64,000 nt of DNA from an uncultured Planctomycetia bacterium. Lineage in GTDB: Bacteria; Omnitrophota; Gorgyraeia; 2-02-FULL-51-18. Numbering within the stretch: position 1 is the first letter of the stretch; each line of letters begins with the position of its first letter. The position numbers and the translations under genes were made by a program. Below are positions 9,202-18,607 of the stretch, in pieces. The notes under the pieces are model-generated. The model saw only the letters and a list, made by a program, of their open reading frames with translations, made no database searches and had not been told where the DNA came from. The stretch is from NCBI GenBank assembly GCA_964373505.1, contig CAYJVC010000001.1, positions 41,630 through 105,629 on the forward strand, written 5' to 3'.

Positions 9202-11682
9202 ATGTTCAACAAATTTACGGAACGGGCCAGGAAAGTGATCCTGCTGGCCAAGCAGGAGGCCAAGCGTTTCAATCACGATTACATCGGCACCGAGCACATT
9301 TTGCTCGGGCTTTTACGCGAGGGTGAGGGTGTCGCGGCCGCGGTGCTTCAAAGCCTCGGCATGAATCTCAACAATATCCGGCTCGAAGTGGAAAAATTAG
9401 TACAGTTGGGGCCCGCCACCGTGGTGTCGGGTGACCTGCCTTTCACGCCGAAGGCCAAGAAGGTGATGGAGATCGCAATGGAGGAGGCCCGAAACCTCGG
9501 CCACAATTATATCGGCACTGAGCATTTGTTGCTGGGGCTCATTCGTGAAGGCGAAGGAGTCGCGAGCCAGGTTTTCATGAACATGGGCCTTGACCTTGAA
9601 AAGGTGCGGGAAGAAGTGATCAAGCTTTTGGGTTCCACGACCCCCGGTTCGCAATACGGCCCCGGGCCCGCTCAAGGGCCTACGCCTTCAGGGCCTCCTT
9701 CTTCCTCTAAGACTAAAACACCGGCGCTGGATGCGTTTGGACGCGACCTGACACGGCTTGCGCGCGATGGGAAATTAGATCCTGTGATCGGCCGTGACGA
9801 GGAGATCGACCGCGTGATGCAAACACTCTCGCGCCGCAGGAAAAATAACCCCGTGCTTCTCGGCGAGGCGGGTGTGGGAAAGTCCGCGATCGTCGAGGGC
9901 TTGGCGCAGAAGATCGTGAGCGGCGACGTGCCGGAAATCTTGAAAAATAAACGGCTCATCACTCTGGACCTGGCGCTCATGGTAGCCGGGACGAAGTACC
10001 GCGGGCAGTTCGAGGAACGCATCAAGGCCGTGATGGATGAGATCAAGCGCTCGGAAAATATCATCATGTTCGTGGATGAACTCCACACGCTCGTCGGCGC
10101 GGGCGGCGCGGAAGGCGCGATCGACGCCGCGAATATTCTGAAGCCCGCGCTGGCAAGGGGCGAGATCCAGTGCATCGGCGCGACGACATTCGACGAATAC
10201 CGCAAGTACATTGAAAAGGACACCGCGCTTGAGCGGAGGTTCCAGACGATCATGGTGGATCCGCCGTCGGTCGAGGAGACGATCCTCATCCTGAGAGGGC
10301 TTCGGGACAAGTACGAGGCGCACCACAAGGTAAAGATTACGGATATCGCGCTTGAGGCGGCCGCCAAGTTTTCGGACCGCTACATTGCTGGCCGATTTCT
10401 GCCGGACAAAGCGATCGACGTGATCGATGAGGCCGGCGCTTACGCGCGTCTTTCGACCCACACCACGCCTCAGGATGTAAAGGAGCTTGAGAAAAAACTC
10501 GAGCTCTTAAGGCGGGAGAAAGAAGACACGATCAAGGAGCAGGATTTCGAGAAAGCCGCGGCCTTGAGGGACCAGGAGCGCGAGATACGGCGGCAGCTGG
10601 ACAAGACCAAAAAGGAATGGATGGAGTCGCGATCGAAGATAGAGCTTGAGATAGGCGAGGAGGATATCGCTCGGGTCATCGCGAAGATCACAGGAATTCC
10701 GATCTCAAGGCTCGAGGAAAAAGAAACCTCGCGCTTGTTGCGTATGGAAGAGGAGATCAAGAAGCATGTGATCGGCCAGGATGAGGCGATCGCCGCGATT
10801 TCCCACGCGGTCCGCCGTTCGCGCGCGGGGCTCAAAGATCCCCGCCGGCCGATCGGTTCGTTCATTTTCCTGGGGCCCACCGGCGTCGGCAAGACGCTTT
10901 TGGCCAAGGCGCTCGCAGAGTTCATGTTCAACGATGAGAGCGCGCTCATCTCGTTCGATATGTCGGAATACATGGAGAAGTTCAACGTCTCGCGGCTCGT
11001 GGGCGCGCCGCCCGGCTACGTGGGCTACGAAGAGGGCGGCCAGTTGACCGAGAAAGTAAGGCGTCGTCCGTACTGCATTGTGCTTTTGGATGAGATCGAA
11101 AAAGCGCACCCGGACGTGTTCAACATGCTGCTTCAGGTGCTGGAAGAAGGTCGCTTGACGGACTCGCTGGGCCGAAAGGTCGATTTCCGGAACACGGTGC
11201 TGATCATGACGTCCAACATTGGCGCGGAACTTCTGAAGAAACAGGGCAGCATCGGTTTTAAAGCGCAAGAGCAGTCCACCGACTACAAGGAAATGAAAAC
11301 GCGTCTCTTGGAAGAGACCAAGAAGGTCTTCAAACCTGAGTTCATCAACCGCGTGGACGATATCATCGTCTTTCAGAAACTCACCAAAGAGGACCTCGAC
11401 AAGATCATCGATATTGAGGTTGAAAATTTGAGAAAGAGACTCGGTGAGCGGGGCATTGAGATCCAACTCGATCAGAAGGCCAAAGATTTTCTGATCGCCC
11501 GAGGTTTTGACCTGATGTACGGAGCGCGCCCGCTGAAGCGCACGATCCAGCGTTACTTGGAGGATCCGCTCGCCGAAGAGATCATTTCAAAGAAGATCCG
11601 CACGAATGAAATGGTTCAGGTCACGGTCAAAGACGACGACCACCTCGTTTTTGAGCAGAGCGCGAAGATTTCAACATCCTAA
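9202..11682 (+). CDS. clpC: ATP-dependent Clp protease ATP-binding subunit ClpC (two Clp_N repeats, two AAA+ modules, UVR linker)
   Basis: 826 aa. Clp_N repeats, Walker A GEAGVGKS and GPTGVGKT, middle-domain UVR motif. Confidence 0.9.
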   Translation: MFNKFTERARKVILLAKQEAKRFNHDYIGTEHILLGLLREGEGVAAAVLQSLGMNLNNIRLEVEKLVQLGPATVVSGDLPFTPKAKKVMEIAMEEARNLGHNYIGTEHLLLGLIREGEGVASQVFMNMGLDLEKVREEVIKLLGSTTPGSQYGPGPAQGPTPSGPPSSSKTKTPALDAFGRDLTRLARDGKLDPVIGRDEEIDRVMQTLSRRRKNNPVLLGEAGVGKSAIVEGLAQKIVSGDVPEILKNKRLITLDLALMVAGTKYRGQFEERIKAVMDEIKRSENIIMFVDELHTLVGAGGAEGAIDAANILKPALARGEIQCIGATTFDEYRKYIEKDTALERRFQTIMVDPPSVEETILILRGLRDKYEAHHKVKITDIALEAAAKFSDRYIAGRFLPDKAIDVIDEAGAYARLSTHTTPQDVKELEKKLELLRREKEDTIKEQDFEKAAALRDQEREIRRQLDKTKKEWMESRSKIELEIGEEDIARVIAKITGIPISRLEEKETSRLLRMEEEIKKHVIGQDEAIAAISHAVRRSRAGLKDPRRPIGSFIFLGPTGVGKTLLAKALAEFMFNDESALISFDMSEYMEKFNVSRLVGAPPGYVGYEEGGQLTEKVRRRPYCIVLLDEIEKAHPDVFNMLLQVLEEGRLTDSLGRKVDFRNTVLIMTSNIGAELLKKQGSIGFKAQEQSTDYKEMKTRLLEETKKVFKPEFINRVDDIIVFQKLTKEDLDKIIDIEVENLRKRLGERGIEIQLDQKAKDFLIARGFDLMYGARPLKRTIQRYLEDPLAEEIISKKIRTNEMVQVTVKDDDHLVFEQSAKISTS

Positions 11683-11686
11683 GCGA

Positions 11687-13132
11687 GTGCAATCCTATTC
11701 AGTCAAGAGTCGAACCCGGTTCTGGATCAAAGGCGCGGCGCTGGTCCTGGTTATGATCGGCGTGTTTGTGTTCCTGAGGGAGCGCAAAGAAGCGCTTGTG
11801 CGGGAATGTGTCCGCTTGATCGAAAAAGGCTTAAGCCAATCGAGTCAAACCCGGGTCAAGATCGGGAGGGTCCGGGGGAATTTGCTCGGGTTTATCCGGT
11901 TTGAGAACGTGGAGGTCGGCGGGCTCGGGATCGCCGAATCCGAGCCTCCGGCGTTCAAGATCCAGGAACTGGAACTCCGCTTCCGCTTCCTTGATTTTTT
12001 ATCGAAGAGGTTCGATTCAAAGATCGTGCTGATCGTAAAAAATCCGGAGGTTCGCTGGAAGCCGTACCTGGGGATCCGGGTCCCCCAATTTCCTATTTTC
12101 GGATGGATGCGTGAATGGGCCAGCTCCCAGAAAAGTAATTTCCTCCTGAAGGTGGAAGGCCTGTCGCTGTCTTTCGAGGGTTACAAGCCGTTCCGATTGA
12201 GTGGAATAAACGCGCAAGCCGAAGGAGAAACGTTCCACATGGAGCTGCCCGTTTCGCATGTTCCAATGGGCCGGTCGGACGTTACTTCGGTGATCGTAGT
12301 CGACGGAAAATTTGACCCAGGTCCGCGCGCCGACGAGGACATACTCGTGGGTCGGATCCACACCGAGGGCACCGTGATCGACTGGAAACCGGTTTCCCAG
12401 GAGTCGGTGTTTAATTTCGTGTTCACTCAGGAGGCATTTCGCTTAAGTTCAGCCAACTTTGTCGGCGGGATCCAGATAGATGGACAGGTTGATTTTACGA
12501 ACGATTATGAGCTGTCCCTTTCCATCTACGCCAAGGACGTGCCTATGCGTGAGCTTGGATTTTTTCTGAAACTCGATAAAAGCCTTGCTTCTGCCGGTCG
12601 TTTTGACCTGGAGGTCAATTTTGAGGGCAATTTTTTGGCGCCTCAAATGGAAGCTCACGCGAGGATCTACGATGGTTTTATAGGCGCCCGCGCATTTAAA
12701 ATGATGGACCTGAACGCCGAAGGGGTTTATCCCACCGTGCGCCTGAACAATTCCAGGATATTGCTTGAGGATGGTTCGACGATGCGTCTTGCGGACGATG
12801 TGCTGGAGATCGGGGATCTTCTTCGCAGCTCCACGTTCCATTCGCTGATCTCCGGGTCGCAGCAGGACACCGTGGTGTGGGGTGACTGGGAATTCAGCCG
12901 CCCGACCGACGATGAGGCCAGACCCGAATTTCTCATGCAGCGCCTTTTTGGAGAGCACGCGCGCGTACATTTCAAGAAAATGAATGAGGACCCGGAGGAA
13001 TTTCAGGATCGCCGGTCCCAGGACATGGAAGTCGGTTTTGAATACAAGCTTCGCTCTGAAAACTCCTTAAAACTGGAATACCGGGACGACCAGGAAGTGG
13101 TCGGCGTCATAGAAAGGAAATCGAGGTTCTAG
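11687..13132 (+). CDS. Hypothetical membrane-anchored protein (single N-terminal TM, large beta-rich domain), possibly AsmA-like. Start uncertain (GTG 11687 or ATG 11753)
   Basis: ORF 11606..13132 overlaps clpC 3' end. First in-frame start after clpC stop is GTG 11687. Hydrophobic helix ALVLVMIGVFVFL. No recognisable catalytic motif. Confidence 0.45.
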   Translation: MQSYSVKSRTRFWIKGAALVLVMIGVFVFLRERKEALVRECVRLIEKGLSQSSQTRVKIGRVRGNLLGFIRFENVEVGGLGIAESEPPAFKIQELELRFRFLDFLSKRFDSKIVLIVKNPEVRWKPYLGIRVPQFPIFGWMREWASSQKSNFLLKVEGLSLSFEGYKPFRLSGINAQAEGETFHMELPVSHVPMGRSDVTSVIVVDGKFDPGPRADEDILVGRIHTEGTVIDWKPVSQESVFNFVFTQEAFRLSSANFVGGIQIDGQVDFTNDYELSLSIYAKDVPMRELGFFLKLDKSLASAGRFDLEVNFEGNFLAPQMEAHARIYDGFIGARAFKMMDLNAEGVYPTVRLNNSRILLEDGSTMRLADDVLEIGDLLRSSTFHSLISGSQQDTVVWGDWEFSRPTDDEARPEFLMQRLFGEHARVHFKKMNEDPEEFQDRRSQDMEVGFEYKLRSENSLKLEYRDDQEVVGVIERKSRF

Positions 13133-13923
13133 TGACGGCGGCTTTTAAGCAGACATTTCAGAGGATGGGCCAGGGGGTGATGGACGCCGTGGGTTATGCG
13201 GGCGGCGTGGTCACGCTTTTTTTTCAAACGCTTTTTTGGATCGCGGCACCTCCGTTCAGAAGCCGACAGGTTTTCGAGCAGATGGTCAAAGTCGGCGTAA
13301 GCTCAGCGCTGATCTCTACGCTCACGAGTTTTTTTATCGGCGTCGTGATCGCGCTCCAAAGCGCCTATCAGATGCAGAAAGTCGGCGGCGAGATGTATAT
13401 CCCGAGTCTCGTGGCTATTTCCATGACGCGCGAGATCGGTCCGCTTTTGACGGCGCTCGTGGTGGCCGGCCGCGTCGGCGCCTCGATCGCGGCGGAGCTG
13501 GGAAGCATGAAGGTGACCGAACAGATCGACGCCCTGGAAACTTTGGCGACGCATCCGGTGAAATACCTCGTGGCGCCGCGCTTTATCGCGCTTTTCACGA
13601 TGCTTCCGCTTCTCACCGTGTACGCGGATTGTGTGGGGATCCTGGGTGGTTATCTCGTGTCCGTGTACAAGCTTGGCTTGTCCCATTCGCTTTATGTCCG
13701 GATGACATTCGACCCGCTCGTGTTGAAAGATATTTTTACGGGTCTTTTCAAAACGCTCGTGTTCGCGTCGATCATCTGCATGATCTCCTGTTATGAAGGG
13801 ATGAAGGTGGAAGGCGGCGCGGAAGGCGTCGGCGGAGCCACGACCCAGGCGGTCGTGACCTCGATCATTCTAATCATCGCGTCGGACGCCTTTTTTACGG
13901 TGTTGTTTTATTTCATCATCTAA
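13132..13923 (+). CDS. mlaE: Phospholipid ABC transporter permease MlaE
   Basis: 263 aa MlaE/YrbE family. ...MKVTEQIDALETLATHPVKYLVAPR... conserved block. Confidence 0.85.
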   Translation: MTAAFKQTFQRMGQGVMDAVGYAGGVVTLFFQTLFWIAAPPFRSRQVFEQMVKVGVSSALISTLTSFFIGVVIALQSAYQMQKVGGEMYIPSLVAISMTREIGPLLTALVVAGRVGASIAAELGSMKVTEQIDALETLATHPVKYLVAPRFIALFTMLPLLTVYADCVGILGGYLVSVYKLGLSHSLYVRMTFDPLVLKDIFTGLFKTLVFASIICMISCYEGMKVEGGAEGVGGATTQAVVTSIILIIASDAFFTVLFYFII

Positions 13924-13946
13924 CGACTTATGGGACCGGCCAGACG

Positions 13947-14735
13947 ATGATAGAGGCGAAGAAGATCACGAAGTCCTTTAAGGGACGTATGGTGCTGGAT
14001 CAGCTCAGTCTCCAGGTGGACAAAGGCGAGACGCTCGTGATCATCGGGCGATCCGGCTGCGGAAAAAGCGTTCTTTTAAAACACATCATTGGGATCATGA
14101 AACCCGACGAAGGGGAGATCTTTGTGGACGGCGTGGGCGTGGAGGCCTTGGCGACGAAACAGCTGAACCAGTTGCGGCTCCGGTTCGGGATGTTGTTCCA
14201 GAGCTCGGCGCTGTTTGATTCGATGACGGTCGGCGAGAATGTCGGGTTCAACCTGATCGAACACACGGCGCTGAGCGAGCGGGCGATCCGCGAACGCGTG
14301 GAGGAGTCGTTGGAACTGGTGGGTTTGAAAGGGATTCAGGATCTGAAACCTTCGGAGCTTTCCGGCGGCATGAAGAAAAGAGTGGGTTTGGCGCGCGCGA
14401 TCTGCATGCGGCCCGAGATCCTTCTGTATGATGAGCCCACGACGGGTCTTGACCCGATCATGGCGGACGCAATCAATGAGTTGATCATTGAACTCCATGA
14501 TAAACTGAAGGTCACCTCGATCGCGGTCACGCACGACATGAAAAGCGCTTATAAGGTGGGGACGCGCGTCGCGATGATGTATCAGGGAAAGATCATTGAA
14601 ACAGGGACCCCGGACAAGATCCGGAATACCGGCAATCCTATTGTGCAACAGTTCATCACAGGATCCGCTGCGGGGCCCATGACGGACGTTCAGGTGAGGA
14701 GCTTGGAGGAAATACAAGGAGGTTCTAAATCGTGA
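13947..14735 (+). CDS. mlaF: Phospholipid ABC transporter ATP-binding protein MlaF
   Basis: Walker A GRSGCGKS, signature LSGGMKKRVGLARA, Walker B LLYDEPTTGLD. Confidence 0.85.
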   Translation: MIEAKKITKSFKGRMVLDQLSLQVDKGETLVIIGRSGCGKSVLLKHIIGIMKPDEGEIFVDGVGVEALATKQLNQLRLRFGMLFQSSALFDSMTVGENVGFNLIEHTALSERAIRERVEESLELVGLKGIQDLKPSELSGGMKKRVGLARAICMRPEILLYDEPTTGLDPIMADAINELIIELHDKLKVTSIAVTHDMKSAYKVGTRVAMMYQGKIIETGTPDKIRNTGNPIVQQFITGSAAGPMTDVQVRSLEEIQGGSKS

Positions 14736-15487
14736 AAAAAGAAAGCCTGGAATGGAGAGTGGGATTGTTCGTCTTCATCGCGTTGGCGGCGCTCACCCTG
14801 CTCGTCGTAAAAGCCGGTGATTTTTATTTGAAACCAGGTTATTCGATCCGGATCGTGTTCAACCAGGTGCAAGGCATCGATAAGGGCGCGCCGGTGAAAC
14901 TCGCGGGCGTCAGTGTCGGGGAACTCACTTCGATCAGCGCGGTCAGGAACGAAGCCGGCGAAACAAAAGTCGAGGCGATTGCAAGGATCGATCAAGGCAT
15001 TTATCTTGAACAGGACGCCGAGATCCGCATCAACAGCTCCGGGCTCCTGGGCGAAAAGTACGTCGAGATCCTGCCGGGAACCGCCGGGAGTTCCACGGTC
15101 TCGGAAGGGAGCGTCCTGGTTGGGAGGCCCCCGGTGGGACTGGAAAAAGTGACGGAATCCGGAAGCCTGCTATTGGACAAACTTCAGCTCACGGCCGACA
15201 GCATCAATTCGGTCGTCACGGACCCGGAATTCAAAACTTCGGTGAAAAGCACGTTCGGGAAGGCCGCCAACACGTTCGGACACGCGGAAGTGGTCGCCCA
15301 GAATTTATTGGAGGTCAGCGAAGACATGAAGGACGCCGTTCGCTCGGCGAAAATGGTCCTGGCGCGGCTGCGGGACGGCGAGGGGACCGTGGGCCGGCTT
15401 CTCAAGGATGACACGATCGCCAAGGACCTGGAAGCGTTCGTGAAAGAGATCAAAGAGCATCCCTGGAAACTTCTAAAGAGGAATTGA
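14732..15487 (+). CDS. mlaD: MCE-domain substrate-binding protein MlaD
   Basis: N-terminal anchor + MCE domain (VKLAGVSVGELTSI). Follows mlaE-mlaF. Confidence 0.8.
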   Translation: MKKESLEWRVGLFVFIALAALTLLVVKAGDFYLKPGYSIRIVFNQVQGIDKGAPVKLAGVSVGELTSISAVRNEAGETKVEAIARIDQGIYLEQDAEIRINSSGLLGEKYVEILPGTAGSSTVSEGSVLVGRPPVGLEKVTESGSLLLDKLQLTADSINSVVTDPEFKTSVKSTFGKAANTFGHAEVVAQNLLEVSEDMKDAVRSAKMVLARLRDGEGTVGRLLKDDTIAKDLEAFVKEIKEHPWKLLKRN

Positions 15488-15491
15488 CGCA

Positions 15492-16496
15492 ATGACGTTC
15501 GGATTCATCAGAGTATTGTTCGTTTTGCTGAGCGCCGTTGTCGGGTTTCAGCTTGGAAGCGCGTTCGGCGGAGTGGCAAGCGCGTCGGGCCTCTTGGGGG
15601 CCGGCGCCGGGTTTGTGACGGCCGTTTTCGTGATCATTTTCGAGCACGCGGTAGGCAAGGTGTCGCTTCGCGGCCTCTCGGCCGCCGTCTTCGGATTGTT
15701 GTTCGCTCTCATCGTATCACAGTTCCTGTCGGGCGCTATCGATCTCATTCCGGACATGAATCCCGGCCTTGCGTCGGCCTTCAAACTTGTCATAGTGCTC
15801 GTACTCTCGTACCTGGGCATGGTATTCGCAATGCGTGGCCGCGATGAGTTCAATTTGATCATTCCGTATGTCAAGTTCGACCGGCAGGATCAGAAAGACA
15901 CGATCCTCATCTTGGATACGAGCGTGATCATTGACGGGCGGGTTCTGGATATTTGCCAGACAAAATTCCTGGAAGGCCGTTTCGTGATCCCGCGGTTCGT
16001 TCTAAAAGAGCTGCAGCAGGTGGCGGATTCGCAGGATGGTCTCAAGCGCGTGCGCGGGCGCCGGGGGCTCGATATCCTGAATAAGCTCCGTAAAAACACG
16101 CACATAAGCGTGAAGATCCATGAGGAGGATTTCCCGGAGCTTGGCTCCGTCGATGAAAAGCTCGTGAAGCTCGCGAAGGTGCTCAGCGCGAAGATTTTGA
16201 CTAACGATTTTAATTTGAATAAGGTTGCGGAGTTTCAGGGCGTCACGATCCTCAATATCAACGAACTGGCGAACGCCCTGCGGCCTGTGGTGCTGCCCGG
16301 CGAGGCGCTTGAGGTGCACCTTGTGAAAGAAGGCAAGGAACACAATCAGGCGATCGCGTACCTGGAGGACGGAACGATGGTCGTGGTCGATAATGCCAAG
16401 CGTCATTTAGGCTCCGACCAGAAAGTGACCGTAACCTCGGTCCTTCAAACAGCCGCGGGCCGCATGATCTTCGGAAAGCTGGATCCGGAGAAGTGA
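15492..16496 (+). CDS. PIN- and TRAM-domain membrane protein (YacL-like)
   Basis: N-terminal TM helices, PIN core ILDTSVIIDGRVLD, C-terminal TRAM-like beta barrel. Conserved position upstream of ispD-ispF as in Bacillus yacL. Confidence 0.7.
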   Translation: MTFGFIRVLFVLLSAVVGFQLGSAFGGVASASGLLGAGAGFVTAVFVIIFEHAVGKVSLRGLSAAVFGLLFALIVSQFLSGAIDLIPDMNPGLASAFKLVIVLVLSYLGMVFAMRGRDEFNLIIPYVKFDRQDQKDTILILDTSVIIDGRVLDICQTKFLEGRFVIPRFVLKELQQVADSQDGLKRVRGRRGLDILNKLRKNTHISVKIHEEDFPELGSVDEKLVKLAKVLSAKILTNDFNLNKVAEFQGVTILNINELANALRPVVLPGEALEVHLVKEGKEHNQAIAYLEDGTMVVVDNAKRHLGSDQKVTVTSVLQTAAGRMIFGKLDPEK

Positions 16497-16510
16497 AGTG
16501 AGGAGGTGAG

Positions 16511-17203
16511 GTGAGGGTTGCGGCGATCGTTCCTGCGGCCGGGTCGGGAAAGCGGCTTGGGTCGTCCGTCCCGAAGGCCTTCATCCGAGTGCGAGGAAAA
16601 CCACTCTTCATCCACACCCTTCGTGGTCTGGACCGGGCGTACGGATTCCGGGAATTCATTCTCGTAGTCCGGAAAAACAAGATGCGTGAGGCCGAGCGCC
16701 TGCTTCGGCAGTTTCGCATCAAAAATTTTAAGGTCGTCCCGGGCGGCGCCACACGCGCGGAATCCGTGTGGAAGGGGCTTCAGGCAGTCTCGAAAAGCGC
16801 GGGATGGGTGCTCGTGCATGATGCTGCCAGGCCCCTCGTCTCTCGGGGGCTTGTGAGGCGTCTTCTTCAAAAAGCAAAGGAGTCGGGCGCCGTGATCTGC
16901 GGATTGCCCTCGGAGGCGACGCTCAAGCGCGTAGACACTCGTAACCGAACCGTCCGGAATACGGAAGACCGGAACAGCTTGTACCTGGCGCAGACGCCGC
17001 AGGTTTTCAGAAAAAATTTGATAGCCGGGCGTTACGAGGCGCTCGGCAAGAAAGCTTACGGATGTACGGACGAGGCGGCGCTTTTTGACGGCACTTCGGT
17101 GAGCGTGAAAATGGTTGCCGGAGACCCGGCCAACATCAAGCTCACGGTCCCGGAAGATCTGAAACTTTTGGAGTTTTACCTTGCGAGTCGGCATCGGGTA
17201 TGA
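16511..17203 (+). CDS. ispD: 2-C-methyl-D-erythritol 4-phosphate cytidylyltransferase
   Basis: AAIVPAAGSGKRLG N-terminal motif, 230 aa. Confidence 0.9.
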   Translation: MRVAAIVPAAGSGKRLGSSVPKAFIRVRGKPLFIHTLRGLDRAYGFREFILVVRKNKMREAERLLRQFRIKNFKVVPGGATRAESVWKGLQAVSKSAGWVLVHDAARPLVSRGLVRRLLQKAKESGAVICGLPSEATLKRVDTRNRTVRNTEDRNSLYLAQTPQVFRKNLIAGRYEALGKKAYGCTDEAALFDGTSVSVKMVAGDPANIKLTVPEDLKLLEFYLASRHRV

Positions 17204-17654
17204 TATTCACCCACTGAAAAAGGGTCGGAAACTGCTGTTGGGCGGGGTCCGGATACCGTTCGCGAAAGGCCTTGGCGGGCATTCGGACGGGGACGTGTTG
17301 CTCCACGCCGTCGTCGACGCGGTGCTGGGAGCGATGAGCGCGGGGGACATCGGAGAACATTTTCCAAGCCAAGACAGCCGTACTCGGGGCGCGAACAGCC
17401 TTTTATTCGTGAAAAAGGCCGTGGAAATTCTAAAGCGCAGAAAGCTGAAGATCGCGAACATCGACGCCGTGCTGATCGCGGAAGCGCCGAAGCTTTCAGG
17501 TTATAAAGCCGCGATCCAAAAGGCGGTGGCCCGAGCTTTCGGGATCACGGTTTCTCAAGTAGGCATCAAAGCCAAAACGAACGAGGGTTTCGGCCCTATC
17601 GGAAAAAATGAGGCGATCACCTGTTTCGCGGTGGCAAGCCTTAGGAGCGCGTGA
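17181..17654 (+). CDS. ispF: 2-C-methyl-D-erythritol 2,4-cyclodiphosphate synthase
   Basis: [10 protein letters not shown]..., [11 protein letters not shown] motifs. 157 aa. Confidence 0.9.
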   Translation: MRVGIGYDIHPLKKGRKLLLGGVRIPFAKGLGGHSDGDVLLHAVVDAVLGAMSAGDIGEHFPSQDSRTRGANSLLFVKKAVEILKRRKLKIANIDAVLIAEAPKLSGYKAAIQKAVARAFGITVSQVGIKAKTNEGFGPIGKNEAITCFAVASLRSA

Positions 17655-17655
17655 G

Positions 17656-18381
17656 ATGGAAATGTTAAAAACTATTCTGATCCTGGTCTTTATTTTGATC
17701 GTCGCCAAGCTATTCGTGTACAAGCTATTCTTTAAGGAAGAAATCCGGGCGGCGCTTGAGCGGGACCCCGCCGCCACGAGCGCTCTGTCGGTGATCCTGA
17801 CCTACCCGGGGCTGCACGCTCTTTGTTATTACCGCGTCGGGCACGCGCTTTATGGACGAGGCCTTCCCTTTTTTGCGAGGGTGATCTCTCAGCTCGGCCG
17901 CTGGTTGACCGGCGTTGAGATCCATTCAGGAGCCAAGATCGGCAAGGGCCTCTTTATCGATCACGGGGCAGGGGTCGTGATCGGGGAAACTTCCATTATC
18001 GGGGACAATGTGACGCTCTTCCAGGGCGTGACGTTGGGCGGCACGGGCAAGCAGAAGGGCAAGCGCCATCCGACACTCGGGAACAACGTAGTCGTGGGCG
18101 CCGGCGCCAAGGTTTTAGGGGACATCCACATTGGTGACAATGTGAGCGTGGGCGCCAATGCGGTGGTGGTGCGCGATGTGCCGGCCAACTCCACGGTCGT
18201 AGGCGTTCCCGGGCGGATCACAAGCCGCGAGGGCAAGAAGGTGCCCGGCATCAACCTGGACCATACGAGCCTTCCGGACCCCCTGACGCAGGCGCTTGAG
18301 AAGCTGCAGCATGAGATCGACAAGATCGAGAATGAGCTCAAGGATTTTCACGGCGAGGGCAAGGACAAAAAGCCTAAGTAG
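17656..18381 (+). CDS. cysE: Serine O-acetyltransferase (hexapeptide-repeat). Start uncertain (ATG 17656 or GTG ~17716)
   Basis: N-terminal SATase helix domain ([12 protein letters not shown]...), left-handed beta-helix hexapeptides ([22 protein letters not shown]...). Confidence 0.8.
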   Translation: MEMLKTILILVFILIVAKLFVYKLFFKEEIRAALERDPAATSALSVILTYPGLHALCYYRVGHALYGRGLPFFARVISQLGRWLTGVEIHSGAKIGKGLFIDHGAGVVIGETSIIGDNVTLFQGVTLGGTGKQKGKRHPTLGNNVVVGAGAKVLGDIHIGDNVSVGANAVVVRDVPANSTVVGVPGRITSREGKKVPGINLDHTSLPDPLTQALEKLQHEIDKIENELKDFHGEGKDKKPK

Positions 18382-18594
18382 TTACTGCTCCAGATTCCGT
18401 ACATGAAGAAAACCCCCTTCTCCGCTTAACGGACTTTTTCTCGCGTGGATCCTTGAGTAAAGGGTGGGGAGTCCCCTCGCCAAAAATCGGAATCGCCGCG
18501 ATGGACGTAGACTACATTGAAGATCAGAGGTTTTCTTGATCTGGCGTCAGAATTCCAAGCATCTTTTTCTATAACTTCCCTACCTTAAAGTAGA

Positions 18595-18600
18595 TATAAT
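18595..18600 (+). promoter_or_regulatory. Perfect -10 box TATAAT 7 nt upstream of cysS ATG (possible leaderless transcript)
   Basis: tagaTATAATactcaacATG. No SD between -10 and ATG. -35 weak. Confidence 0.3.
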
Positions 18601-18607
18601 ACTCAAC

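Noticed and set aside
16497-16513. GGAGGTGAGGTGAGGG before ispD as a degenerate right arm of the CCCC-box element
   Set aside because: No complementary C-rich left arm, since the yacL stop is only 14 nt upstream. Most simply a purine-rich SD plus GTG start.
18382-18607. T-box riboswitch upstream of cysS (AGGGTGG motif at ~18455)
   Set aside because: Only a partial match to the T-box consensus AAUUAGGGUGGNACCGCG. No specifier-loop/terminator-antiterminator arrangement or U-tract visible. Needs an Rfam scan to settle.
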